DNA of 64,000 bases, from positions 32,001-96,000 of the forward strand of contig CAVQBA010000005.1 of the NCBI GenBank assembly GCA_963710605.1, in the 5' to 3' direction. How positions within the stretch are numbered: position 1 is the stretch's first letter; the number at the start of each line of letters is the position of its first letter. The translations under genes were made by a program, and so were the position numbers. Under the pieces are notes generated by a model that was not told the DNA's origin, ran no database searches, and saw nothing but the letters and a program-made list of their open reading frames with translations. Source of the DNA: an uncultured cyanobacterium. GTDB lineage: Bacteria; Cyanobacteriota; Cyanobacteriia; Cyanobacteriales; Cyanobacteriaceae. Shown piece by piece: positions 33,241 to 44,915 of this stretch.

Positions 33241-33647
33241 AATAATTTATCCTGACAATCAAAAATGTTAAAATAGTGGCAATTTTTTGATGATAACACT
33301 GATGTCTAAATAGTTAAAGTTTTTTTTGAGCTTTACATGACATTTGCCTAATAATAGCTAATTAACTATTATTAATACTGATATAATTGTTTAGTTTTGC
33401 TAATAACAATTCGTTACTTTTTCCGAGAATAAAAAATAGAGAACTAGCTTAAAACTTCTTACTCTCTATATAAAATATAGAATAAGTTAACATAGTGATT
33501 ACGTATATTTATCTTAACTATCGTCTTGGTCAGCCTTTAATGTCTTGGTAGATTAAAACTCGCCGTCTGTTAACCGCTTACGTCTGTCGTATTACTAGCG
33601 GGCTTCTGACCACAATTATCAATTACTAATTATTAATTATCATTCCC

Positions 33648-35573
33648 ATGTCGATTAAAACTCCTGTAGAATTTCAAGACGAATTTGACGTAATTATTAT
33701 AGGTGCAGGACATTCAGGTTGCGAAGCGGCTTTAGCAAGTGCCAGACTTGGTTGTCGTACTATGATGTTAACTTTAAACCTCGATCGTATTGCTTGGCAA
33801 CCTTGTAACCCTGCTGTTGGTGGTCCTGCCAAATCTCAACTTACCCACGAAGTCGATGCTTTAGGGGGAGAAATCGGTAAAATGGCCGATCGTACCTATC
33901 TACAAAAAAGAGTACTCAATCTCTCTAGAGGACCTGCTGTATGGGCATTAAGAGCTCAAACAGATAAAAGAGAATACGCCGCCGTGATGAAAAATATTGT
34001 CGAAAACGAACCTAACCTATCTCTACGGGAGGGGATGGTAACGGATTTAGTTTTAGGCAAAAACGATGAGGTTATCGGGATTCAAACTTATTTTGGCACT
34101 TGTTTTAAATGCAAATCTGTGGTATTAACTACAGGTACATTTTTAGGCGGTAAAATCTGGATTGGTGGCAAATCAATGGATGCAGGAAGAGCGGGAGAAT
34201 TCGCCGCCATTGGTTTAACCGATACCCTTAACGAATTAGGTTTTGAAACAGGCAGACTGAAAACAGGTACTCCCGCCAGAGTCGATCGACGTACCGCTGA
34301 TTACAGCAAAATGGAAGTCCAACCTGCGGATACCGAAGTACGTTGGTTTAGCTTCGATCCTGAAGTTTGGGTAGAAAAAGAACAAATGAATTGTTATTTA
34401 ACTCGTACTACCACCGCAACTCATAAATTAATTAAAGATAACTTGCACTTATCGCCAATTTATGGTGGTTTTATTGATTCAAAAGGACCTCGTTATTGCC
34501 CTAGTATTGAAGATAAAATCGTTCGTTTTGCGGATAAAGATAGTCATCAAATATTTATTGAGCCAGAAGGTAGAGATATTCCTGAATTATATATTCAAGG
34601 TTTTTCAACGGGTTTACCTGAAAATATCCAACTAGCAATGTTGCATACTTTACCGGGTTTGGAAAACTGTGTCATGTTACGCCCTGCTTATGCGGTGGAA
34701 TACGACTATTTACCTGCAACTCAATGTTATCCGACTTTAATGACCAAAAAAATTGAAGGATTGTTTTCGGCTGGACAAATTAATGGTACGACAGGATACG
34801 AAGAAGCGGCGGCACAAGGTATTGTTGCGGGTATTAATGCGGCTAAATTTGCTCAAAATAAAGAGATGATTGTTTTTTCTCGTGAGCAAAGTTATCTAGG
34901 TACTTTGATTGATGATTTGTGTACAAAAGATTTACGTGAGCCTTACCGAATGTTAACATCACGATCGGAATATCGTTTGATTTTACGTTCTGATAATGCT
35001 GATAGACGTTTGACTCCTTTAGGTAGAGAAATTGGCTTAATAGACGATTGACGTTGGCAATTGTTTGAATCTAAACAAAAAAATATCATCGCCGAACAAG
35101 AAAGACTCTATGAAACAAGAATTAAAGAAAAAGAAGAAGTAGGGATAAAATTTACTCAATCTACAGGTGAAAAAATTAAATGTGCGATTACTTTATCTGA
35201 ACTATTACGTCGCCCTGGTGTTCATTATTCTAATTTAGAAGAACATAATTTGGGTAATCCTGAACTAAATAAAGCCGAAAAAGAAGGTGCAGAAATAGAG
35301 ATAAAATACTCTGGTTATATCAAACGTCAAGAAACTCAAATCAGAGAAGTTAGTCGTAACAATAATCGTAAATTAGCCGAAAGTTTGGATTATATGTCGA
35401 TTGAAACTCTTTCGATGGAAGCAAGAGAAAAACTGAATAAAGTAAAGCCTCTAACGATTGGGCAAGCATCAAGAATTGGTGGTGTAAATCCTGCTGATAT
35501 TAATGCTTTATTGATTTATTTGGAGGTAAATGGCAGACAACGCAAACAGCAATATAGTGCTTCTAATAATTAA
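33648..35573 (+). CDS. mnmG: tRNA modification enzyme MnmG (GidA); in-frame TGA at 35049-35051 as sequenced
   Basis: [45 protein letters not shown]; the two ORFs share one frame. Confidence 0.95.
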
Positions 35574-35597
35574 CTATTCCCCAATCAACAATTAATT

Positions 35598-36155
35598 ATG
35601 GTTACTACTGTTAAATCTGGTTTAAATTTAGAAGAGTTTTTACAACAACCCGAAACAAAACCTGCTACAGAATTTATTGACGGAAAAATTAGACAAAAAC
35701 CGATGCCTCAAGGACAACATAGTAGAATACAATATAAAATCTGTGCGGTTATAAATAAGGTAACCGAATCTGAGAAAATAGCTTGTGCCTTTCCTGAATT
35801 ACGTTGTAATATCGAAGGACGTTCTCTTGTACCAGATGTAGTTGTCTTTTCTTGGTCGAGAATACCTTTAACTGAAGAGGGAAAAATAGCTAATCGTGTT
35901 GATACATATCCAGATTGGTGTATTGAAATTTTATCTCCAGAGCAAAGTTTAACTCTGGTATTGGATAAATTATTATTTTTGTCGCAATCTGGGACTAAAT
36001 TAGGCTGGTTAATTAATCCTGAAGAAGAGGCTATTTTTGTAATTTTTCCTGAGCAGAAAGTACATTTATTTAAAGGCGATCGTGTTTTACCAGTATTAGA
36101 AAATATTGATTTAAAGTTAACGGTGAATGATATTTTTAGTTGGTTAAAATTTTAG
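35598..36155 (+). CDS. Uma2 family endonuclease
   Basis: PETKPATEFIDG, FPELRC, PDWCIEILSP, GWLINP. Confidence 0.92.
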   Translation: MVTTVKSGLNLEEFLQQPETKPATEFIDGKIRQKPMPQGQHSRIQYKICAVINKVTESEKIACAFPELRCNIEGRSLVPDVVVFSWSRIPLTEEGKIANRVDTYPDWCIEILSPEQSLTLVLDKLLFLSQSGTKLGWLINPEEEAIFVIFPEQKVHLFKGDRVLPVLENIDLKLTVNDIFSWLKF

Positions 36156-36284
36156 TAAGTTTTAGTTTTTTAAAGGGATATAACGATCGTTTCTCTGTAG
36201 GTTGGGTTGAACTAAAAAATCTTGAAGAAATAATGAATACATTAAAAAAAAGAAACCCAACACCTAACTCTGGCTAAAGTTCAT

Positions 36285-36340
36285 AACCCACCTTGAATTT
36301 AAATTCAAGGCTAATAGTGATCGTTTAATAAATTAAACTT
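36285..36340 (-). repeat. family A copy 3
   Basis: CCCACCTTGAATTTAAATTCAAGGCTAATAG...GTTTAATAAATTAAAC. Confidence 0.85.
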
Positions 36341-36344
36341 AATA

Positions 36345-36803
36345 TTAATCTTTTTTACTAGCACTAAGTAAACGAGGTAAAGTCTTCTGATATTTTCTGA
36401 GTCTTTGATAATCTCGCTCGGTAGGATGAGGAAGACGATTCATATCCATGTTGTCTCGCATATCAGCAATTTTAACCTGTAAGGCTAACGGATTAGACGT
36501 TACTCGATCGATATAATCATTGTAATCTTCTCCTTGACGTTTGGTAATCGCATCGATCGCATTTACTATCTGGGGAGGAAAACCTAAATCGACTAAAGTA
36601 TCAAGGGTTAGATCGGAATCTTCTACAGTATCATGAAGTACAGCGACAATTTTTGCTTCAACGGTTTCTAGACTATTCATCACTCTCAAGGGATGTTCGA
36701 TGTAAGGTTTACCTGCTTTATCTAGTTGCCCTTGGTGAGCATCTTTAGCAATTTGTTGGGCTTTCTCTAATAAAGTTTCTAAATCTAGAGGAGATAATGT
36801 CAT
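36345..36803 (-). CDS. stand-alone HD-domain protein (small alarmone hydrolase-like)
   Basis: AHQGQLDKAGKPYIEHP, LHDTVED, VKIADMRDN. Confidence 0.85.
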   Translation of the reverse strand: MTLSPLDLETLLEKAQQIAKDAHQGQLDKAGKPYIEHPLRVMNSLETVEAKIVAVLHDTVEDSDLTLDTLVDLGFPPQIVNAIDAITKRQGEDYNDYIDRVTSNPLALQVKIADMRDNMDMNRLPHPTERDYQRLRKYQKTLPRLLSASKKD

Positions 36804-36848
36804 TGTCTGTTGAGTTTGAGATTAGCTATTTATGGGTTACGGATAAGT

Positions 36849-37032
36849 TATACCAATTCAAATAAAATTGGCAGTAGTTGTTACAGGTAAGTCCCCCAGT
36901 CTCCCCTTTCAAGGGGAGGGGCTGTCACCTGAATTCATTTCAGGTGCTTGTAAGCCCCGTGAGATGCCGAAGGCAGAGGGGTCGGGGATTTAGGGGGATT
37001 AATCTGTCTTTTTATTTTTTGAATTTAGTATT
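36849..37032. mobile_element. TATACC-ended MITE-like shell containing a D repeat, itself interrupted by a family E element (36917-36960, minus)
   Basis: TATACCAATTCAAATAAA...TTTTTTGAATTTAGTATT imperfect TIRs. Confidence 0.65.
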
Positions 37033-37175
37033 ACTAATAAATTTATTAAAGTCAATCAATATCCATATCTATTCTATTCAAAAAACGATCGTATCTATTT
37101 CAAAGGTAATAATCAATCATATTTGAAAAAAAGCTAAAATTGATTTTAATAATAGCGAACTTTAAAAAAATAAAA

Positions 37176-37829
37176 ATGAAAATTAAGCATCCTATTAATC
37201 TTCATAAGGGTTTAACTGCGATCGTGGTTTTGTCTTTGATGATCGTTTACAATAACTTCAGTATGGTTGCTTGGACTTATCTTGCTCTTCATGGTACTTA
37301 TGGTATTTTATGGTTACTCAAAGATCGTATTTATCCTGATAAACAATGGGAACAAGAAATACCTTTCATATTAGGTATTGTCGGCTTTTTTGTTGTCTGT
37401 TTGTATTGGGTAGCCCCATTTATACTCATTAGTAGTGGAAATGAGGCTTCGCCACCTTTAATTGCCATTGCTATTAGTCTTAATATTTTTGGTGTTTTTC
37501 TTCATTACAGTAGCGATGCTCAAAAATATTACACTCTTAAATATAAATCTGGGTTAATAGATGAAGGTTTTTTTGCACGTTGTCGTAACACTAATTATCT
37601 TGGCGAAATAATGATTTATCTCAGTTTTGCTTTATTAGTACAACATTGGTTACCTTATGTGATTTTAGGATTATTTGCTTGTTTTATTTTTATTCCTAAT
37701 ATGTTGAAAAAAGACAAATCTCTTTCTCGTTATCCCGAATTTGAACAATACAAACAAAATTCTGGGTTGATATTACCTCAACTATTAAACAACAATTCAG
37801 AATCAACATCCTCCGCTCAAGAAAGTTAA
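37176..37829 (+). CDS. DUF1295 / steroid reductase-like membrane protein
   Basis: YLALHGTYG, SDAQKY, RNTNYLGE; ATG at 37176 preferred. Confidence 0.8.
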   Translation: MKIKHPINLHKGLTAIVVLSLMIVYNNFSMVAWTYLALHGTYGILWLLKDRIYPDKQWEQEIPFILGIVGFFVVCLYWVAPFILISSGNEASPPLIAIAISLNIFGVFLHYSSDAQKYYTLKYKSGLIDEGFFARCRNTNYLGEIMIYLSFALLVQHWLPYVILGLFACFIFIPNMLKKDKSLSRYPEFEQYKQNSGLILPQLLNNNSESTSSAQES

Positions 37830-37838
37830 GTAGATAAA

Positions 37839-38696
37839 ATGCAAGTTAGTCATATTTTTCTTTACCCGATCAAATCTTGTCGGGGAATTAGTTTAAACAA
37901 AGCCCAAATTAAACCTCAAGGTTTGACTGATTACGAACAACAAAAAATATACGATCGACAATTTATGTTAGTAGATGAAAAGGGTAAATTTATTACCCAA
38001 AGACAATATCCTCAACTAGCAACTATTAAAATAGAAATCAATAATAACAACCTATATTTAAGTAGTGAAGAAAATAATATAGGTACTTTTGAGGTAATTC
38101 CTAGTAACGAAGGGGAACAAATAAAAGTAGATATTTGGCGAGATAAAACGATCGCTATTGACCAAGGAGATGAAGTTGCAAATTGGTTTAAACAAGCTTT
38201 AAAAATAAATATTAATTGTCGTTTGGTTCAACAATCCGATGCTCATATTAGGGCCATTAATCCTCGTTATAGTATTAAACGAAATCAACCTGTTAGTTTT
38301 GCCGATGGGTTTCCTTTTTTATTATTAAATACTGCTTCTATAGACGATTTAAATAAACGTTTGAGTGTTAAATATCCCGAAGATAAAATACAAATAGACA
38401 TCGATCGTTTTCGTCCTAATATAGTAGTGGAAACGGACGAACCTTTTATTGAAGATAAATGGAAAAAAATTATCATCGGTGATTGTAGATTTGCTGTCGT
38501 CAAACCTTGTAGCCGTTGTATCATAACTACAACAGACCAATCTACTGGTCATAGAAACGAACTAAAAGAGCCATTACTAACTTTAAGTAATTATCGTAAT
38601 ACCTCTGAAGGTATCATGTTCGGACAAAATGCGATCGCCATCGATCGAAGTACTATTAATTTAGGAGATATAATCAGTATAATTGATAATTTATAA
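37839..38696 (+). CDS. MOSC domain protein (YcbX/mARC-like)
   Basis: YPIKSC, DRQFM, FADGFP, RFRPNIVV, KPCSRCIITT. Confidence 0.92.
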   Translation: MQVSHIFLYPIKSCRGISLNKAQIKPQGLTDYEQQKIYDRQFMLVDEKGKFITQRQYPQLATIKIEINNNNLYLSSEENNIGTFEVIPSNEGEQIKVDIWRDKTIAIDQGDEVANWFKQALKININCRLVQQSDAHIRAINPRYSIKRNQPVSFADGFPFLLLNTASIDDLNKRLSVKYPEDKIQIDIDRFRPNIVVETDEPFIEDKWKKIIIGDCRFAVVKPCSRCIITTTDQSTGHRNELKEPLLTLSNYRNTSEGIMFGQNAIAIDRSTINLGDIISIIDNL

Positions 38697-38848
38697 TTGA
38701 TAATTTATAATTGATAATTGATGTTTTCAAATAAACAAAATAATTAGAACTTAAGTATTAGCAATCAGTTTAAAATTGAGGAATAAAAATTTGAGTTTTA
38801 ATAATAATTATTTAAGCTAAAAATAAAATATTTTCGCTATTTTCAATT

Positions 38849-38906
38849 AAGTTTAATTTATTAAACGAATTATATGAGCGATGACAATGATAATTCAAGG
38901 CGGGTT
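38849..38906 (+). repeat. family A copy 4 (second stem degenerate)
   Basis: AAGTTTAATTTATTAAACG...CAAGGCGGGTT. Confidence 0.75.
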
Positions 38907-39012
38907 TAAGACTTAAGTTTGAATATTATTATTACTCTCTCAATCAAGATTAAAATGACTATATAACGTAAAATAAAACTTACTACTTTATCATTAATAA
39001 TTAGTTGAAAGT

Positions 39013-39159
39013 TTACTTTCCAGCACAAGGATTTTTGGACGCACAAGGATTTTTACCAGCACAGGGGTTGTTAGATGCACATGGATTAACACTGACAATA
39101 GCTTCTTTTTGAATATTTGTTTTAACGGTAGGAGATATTATCGGTTTTACGGCTAACAC
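39013..39159 (-). CDS. 48-codon frame ending in four NPCAxx repeats; probably the C-terminal remnant of an NPCA-repeat protein
   Basis: hand translation ...SVNPCASNNPCAGKNPCASKNPCAGK*, with synonymous variation between repeats. Confidence 0.6.
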   Translation of the reverse strand: MLAVKPIISPTVKTNIQKEAIVSVNPCASNNPCAGKNPCASKNPCAGK

Positions 39160-39280
39160 AATTCATCATGTTGAAGTAGCTGGGTATGAGCCTGTGGTTA
39201 GTTTTAATATCTCTGGTATCACTGACTATGATTCGAGGTATGAATTCGATCGTCATCAGCAAACAGCGATTAATTTTTAG
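39113..39280 (+). pseudogene. C-terminal remnant of a cysteine-dioxygenase-like cupin
   Basis: hand translation LTVGDIIGFTANTIHHVEVAGYEPVVSFNISGITDYDSRYEFD; no in-frame start upstream. Confidence 0.6.
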
Positions 39281-39473
39281 GTAATTAATTCAGCAAAAAT
39301 TATAATTTTTCTTTTTAATAGACCGAACCGACGTGTTTTGATAAGATTTAGAATATGCAATGCAATGGTTTTAATAAATTCAATGGTTAATGTCAGGCTT
39401 TGCCTAACATAATCGATAATTTAAGACAAACTTAATTTTACTTTAAGAAAATAAGGAGTATATTTAAAATTAA

Positions 39474-40643
<1,170 letters not shown>

Positions 40644-40711
40644 ATCTAAATATTATTATTTAGCTAAATTAAATTAAAATATCGATCCCCCCAACCCCCC
40701 TTACAGAAGGG

Positions 40712-40895
40712 GGGCTTTTTCATTCTTAAATTTTGTCATTTTTATCACTAAGAAATAGCAGTAAACGTAGCTGTTTTTTTCGCTTTAGTAAAAATACAAT
40801 GTAACCAACGAGCGATCGATCGAGTAGTAATAGCTTCTAGCTATTTACTTTGAGCTTCTAGCTATTTTCGGCTACCGAGAATGAAACAGCCCTGC
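40712..40895. mobile_element. putative MITE (family F) within or beside D repeats
   Basis: GGGCTTTTTCATTCT ... AGAATGAAACAGCCC (1 mismatch); right part matches 14060-14113. Confidence 0.55.
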
Positions 40896-41070
40896 CCTTA
40901 CAGTACAGAAGAGGGGCTTTTTTGTCGATTTATACTCAAGGCGGATTAGACGATCGAGTTTTAGTAGTATTTTTTGAAAGTGGTCTGATTTTTATCGCAA
41001 ACTGAGGTTGATTATGTTTACAATTATGATGGGTTTATGCTTCGCCCTACTCCTTTTTGCTCGGTAAATT

Positions 41071-41925
41071 ATGAATTTTTTTGCTTTTCAATTTCAATCC
41101 CCAGGACCAATTTTATTAGAAATAGGACCAATTACCTTACGTTGGTATGGCTTATTAATTGCTTGTGCTGTTTTAATTGGTGTCAATGTCTCGCAATATC
41201 TGGGTAAATATCGTAATTTAGATCCTGATACTATTAGTGATTTAGTTGTTTGGTTGGTTGTTGGGGCAATTCCTTGTGCTAGGATTTATTATGTTTTATT
41301 TCAATGGCAGGAATATTCACAACGCCCTGAGGATATTATCGCTATTTGGCAAGGTGGTATTGCTATTCATGGAGCAATTATTGGTGGAACGATCGCAGCG
41401 ATCATTTTTGCTAAATTTAATAAGTTATCTTTTTGGCAAATTACTGATGTGATTGCACCTTCATTAATTTTAGGTCAAGCGATCGGTAGGTGGGGTAATT
41501 TTTTTAATTCGGAAGCTTTTGGCAGACCAACTGATTTACCTTGGAAAGTCTATATTCCTCCTTTTCATCGTCCTATACAATATATTGACGCTGAGTTTTT
41601 TCATCCCACTTTTTTATATGAATCTTTATGGAATTTGTTAGTATTTGCACTTTTGATGTCTCTATTTTTTTGGGGTGTTAGAAATCAAAACAAATTGAAA
41701 GTAGGTACGATCGCTTTTGTTTATTTAATTAGTTATAGTTTGGGTAGAGTTTGGATTGAAGGTTTTAGGATTGATAGTTTGATGTTAGCTGATTTTCGGG
41801 TTGCTCAGTTAATTAGCTTGAGTGCGATCGTTTTTGGTATCTTAGGTTTAGTTTGGTTGTATGTTTGGAAAAAACCATTACCAGATACTTATCAAGCTCA
41901 TCGTCGTCATCATCTCAAAGATTAA
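41071..41925 (+). CDS. lgt: prolipoprotein diacylglyceryl transferase
   Basis: [36 protein letters not shown]. Confidence 0.96.
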   Translation: MNFFAFQFQSPGPILLEIGPITLRWYGLLIACAVLIGVNVSQYLGKYRNLDPDTISDLVVWLVVGAIPCARIYYVLFQWQEYSQRPEDIIAIWQGGIAIHGAIIGGTIAAIIFAKFNKLSFWQITDVIAPSLILGQAIGRWGNFFNSEAFGRPTDLPWKVYIPPFHRPIQYIDAEFFHPTFLYESLWNLLVFALLMSLFFWGVRNQNKLKVGTIAFVYLISYSLGRVWIEGFRIDSLMLADFRVAQLISLSAIVFGILGLVWLYVWKKPLPDTYQAHRRHHLKD

Positions 41926-42309
41926 TAACCAAAGCAAGCACAGAGACTCGTGGAAAAGCACTAATTAATCACAAATTGCACTTAGGTAGGCTGATAGATT
42001 TTTTTGAGAATACGTCAAAAAAGCCCTTCTTATTTCAAATAAAGATAGTATTTCTAGTGTTATACAATAAGTACTATTGAACTACGATTGTCACCATGAA
42101 TATTGATTACTTTAAGTACTTTAATTAATTTTCTCGTGATTGAATTTAAACAAATTAAATTTTGATCGGTAGATAAACTAAAAAAAGTAGGTTACTCTAA
42201 TATGTCAGGTTAAAATCAAAAAAGACTTTTTAATCGAAAAAATAATTAATCTTGATTAAAATCTTTTTGAAATTAACTCAAACGTGAATCAATTTGGTGA
42301 GTAAGAATC

Positions 42310-43323
42310 ATGGCAGTTCAATTACAGCAAGCTTTATCTGTTGGTAGTTATATATTTGCACAAAGACTACAAGGTAAAAAAAAGTTCCCTTTAGTCTTAA
42401 TGCTAGAACCATTATTTCGCTGTAATCTGGCTTGTCCGGGTTGCGGAAAGATACAACATCCTTTCGAGATACTCAAACAACACTTATCTCCTGAGCAATG
42501 TTTTAAAGCAGTAGAAGAATGTGGTGCACCCGTTGTCTCTATCCCCGGAGGAGAGCCTTTACTTCATCCTCAAATGGGCGAAATAGTTAAAGGATTAGTA
42601 GAAAGAAAAAAATATGTTTATCTTTGCACTAACGGTATATTGTTAGAAGAAAAATTAAATTTATTTGAACCATCTCCTTATCTAACTTTTAGTGTACATT
42701 TAGATGGCTTACAAGAAATACATGATCAGTGTGTTAACCGAGACGGAATATTTGACAAAGCAGTTAAAGCAATTAAAACGGCTAAGGCTAAAGGATTTAG
42801 GGTAACAACCAATACGACTATCTTTGAAGGTACTAAACCTGAAGATATGCAAGAGTTTTTTGATTTTCTGGGAACACTTGATACTGATGGAATGATGATT
42901 TCACCCGGATATAGTTATGAATGGGCGCCAGATCAGGAACATTTTTTAAAAAGAGAACAAACTAAAACTTTGTTTAGAGCAATACTTAATCCTTGGAAAA
43001 CAGGTAAAAAACGTTGGAATTTTAATCATAATCCTCTTTTTCTCGATTTTTTGATGGGTGAGAAAGACTATGAATGTACTCCTTGGGGAAGCCCTAGTTA
43101 TAGTGTCTTAGGTTGGCAAAAGCCTTGCTATCTTCTTAATGAAGGACATTATGATACTTTTCAAGAGTTGTTAGATAATACCGATTGGAGTCAATACGGT
43201 AATAAAAGTGATAATCTTCAATGTGCTGATTGTATGGTTCACTGTGGCTACGAGCCAACTGCGGCTGTAGATGCTTTTAAACTAGAAAACACAGGTAGAG
43301 CAATATCTAGTTTGTTTGGTTAA
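42310..43323 (+). CDS. hpnH: adenosyl-hopene transferase (radical SAM)
   Basis: [36 protein letters not shown]. Confidence 0.95.
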   Translation: MAVQLQQALSVGSYIFAQRLQGKKKFPLVLMLEPLFRCNLACPGCGKIQHPFEILKQHLSPEQCFKAVEECGAPVVSIPGGEPLLHPQMGEIVKGLVERKKYVYLCTNGILLEEKLNLFEPSPYLTFSVHLDGLQEIHDQCVNRDGIFDKAVKAIKTAKAKGFRVTTNTTIFEGTKPEDMQEFFDFLGTLDTDGMMISPGYSYEWAPDQEHFLKREQTKTLFRAILNPWKTGKKRWNFNHNPLFLDFLMGEKDYECTPWGSPSYSVLGWQKPCYLLNEGHYDTFQELLDNTDWSQYGNKSDNLQCADCMVHCGYEPTAAVDAFKLENTGRAISSLFG

Positions 43324-43554
43324 AATAAAGTGTTTTTCAGGTGAACAGATCATTAATCATCAATAATTTGTTTACCTGTATTGGAAATTATTATTTAACT
43401 ATTTATTATGAGCATTTTATATTCTTAGTGAAGTATTTTAATCTGTTAGCAAAGATACAAAATCAAATTTTCTTTTTTTTGATCACAGATAAAGAATAGA
43501 ATAGATATATATTCTGTCAAAAGTAATCATTGTCACATTTATCTATTAATTATT

Positions 43555-43920
43555 ATGACTACAGTATTACTTGTCGAAGATAGTATGCCGACAAGAAAAA
43601 TGATGAGTAAATTATTAGTCAAACAAGGTTTTAAAGTAGAAGCGGCGATCGATGGGATTCAAGCTCTAGAAATATTACCAACTATCGATCCTGATTTAGT
43701 TATTTTAGATATTGTGATGCCAAAAATGAATGGTTATGAATTATGTCGTAAAATAAAATCTAATCCAAAAACTAAAAATGTACCTGTAATAATCTGCTCG
43801 GCAAAAGCAGAAGATTTCGATCGTTATTGGGGAATAAAACAAGGTGCTGATGCTTATATTGCTAAGCCATTTGAAGATAAAGAGTTAATTGCGACTATTA
43901 GGCAATTTATTAAACAATAG
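43555..43920 (+). CDS. pilH: CheY-like response regulator of the taxis cluster
   Basis: receiver with FDRYWGIKQGADAY; lies upstream of cheW and MCP genes. Confidence 0.8.
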   Translation: MTTVLLVEDSMPTRKMMSKLLVKQGFKVEAAIDGIQALEILPTIDPDLVILDIVMPKMNGYELCRKIKSNPKTKNVPVIICSAKAEDFDRYWGIKQGADAYIAKPFEDKELIATIRQFIKQ

Positions 43921-44316
43921 TTATTAATTTGCTGGTTGTCAGATAATTATGCTTAACTAAATTATTTACAGAAGTAAAACTTGAGCCAATGCTAATGAAA
44001 AACTAAATCCAAATAAAGATTCAAATAGTTGTCCTTTTTCAATTAAATAATCATCTTAATCTAACCAAAATGCCAGAAAGTAATTCTGTTTTATTCCTCA
44101 AAACAAGAAAATGTTTAATCTCAATGGGTTTTGAATCTAAGTGAAACATTTTTTCTCAACTGATAAATAGCTTCAAATCTACACATCATCATCAGCAATT
44201 TTAAATAAGTTAGCACTAAAAAACAAAATTTAATAACTTAACTAGTCGATCAAAAAAGATAATTAAACTATTATTACGAGTAAATCAATATTATTAATCA
44301 TAATATTTTCAACGAT

Positions 44317-44859
44317 ATGGTAGATAATCAACAATATTCAGATTCAGACAATAACTTGAGTGGTTCTTTAAATATAGAACAACAAGTAACAGAAGAAGTT
44401 CAAGCACCAGAAGGTGAGTTGCATCTTCGCTTTGTTTTACCTTCAGGAGATGAGTTTGCTTTACCTGCATTCGGTATCAGGGAAGTAATGCAACAAGAAG
44501 CTGACCGAATTACATCTGTACCTAATGCGTCACCTTTATTATTAGGAACAATTAATCTAAGGGGAGAAATTATTTGGGTAGCAGATTTAGGGCAATTTTT
44601 AGGCTACCCTAATATGTTAAATACCGATCGTGCTGAAATACCCGTAATTGCTGTAGAAGAACAAGAAACTATTTTAGGATTAGCGGTAGAACAGCTAGGA
44701 GCGATCGAATGGATTAACCTAGAGACAGTACAATTAGCTCGTAATGCTCCTGATCATGTAGCTCCTTATATTCAAGGAGAATGGATTGATGAAAATAGTA
44801 GTTATGTCCGATTATTAGACCAAATTGCTATTTTAAGGTCTGCTCGTTGGGTAGCATAA
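44317..44859 (+). CDS. pilI: CheW-like protein
   Basis: PEGELHLRF, LLGTINLRGEIIWVADLGQFLG, RSARW. Confidence 0.88.
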   Translation: MVDNQQYSDSDNNLSGSLNIEQQVTEEVQAPEGELHLRFVLPSGDEFALPAFGIREVMQQEADRITSVPNASPLLLGTINLRGEIIWVADLGQFLGYPNMLNTDRAEIPVIAVEEQETILGLAVEQLGAIEWINLETVQLARNAPDHVAPYIQGEWIDENSSYVRLLDQIAILRSARWVA

Positions 44860-44915
44860 AATATATTAATTATTATGATAAAAAACTACAATTAGTTAGA
44901 AAAATAGAGGACAAA

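Noticed and set aside
35049-35051. Genome-wide UGA reassignment or selenocysteine
   Set aside because: Only two in-frame TGAs in ~50 genes, both at apparent Arg positions in one DNA motif; a C>T event is simpler.
35598-36803. Uma2 plus HD-domain genes as a defence or toxin-antitoxin system
   Set aside because: The genes are convergent, both families are common as singletons in cyanobacteria, and no partner synthetase is present.
36878-37126. 82-aa ORF
   Set aside because: Reads through a nested repeat element and has no protein features.
39016-39087. 18-nt repeats as a mini-CRISPR or iterons
   Set aside because: Variation is mostly synonymous in a minus-strand frame, so the repeat is coding.
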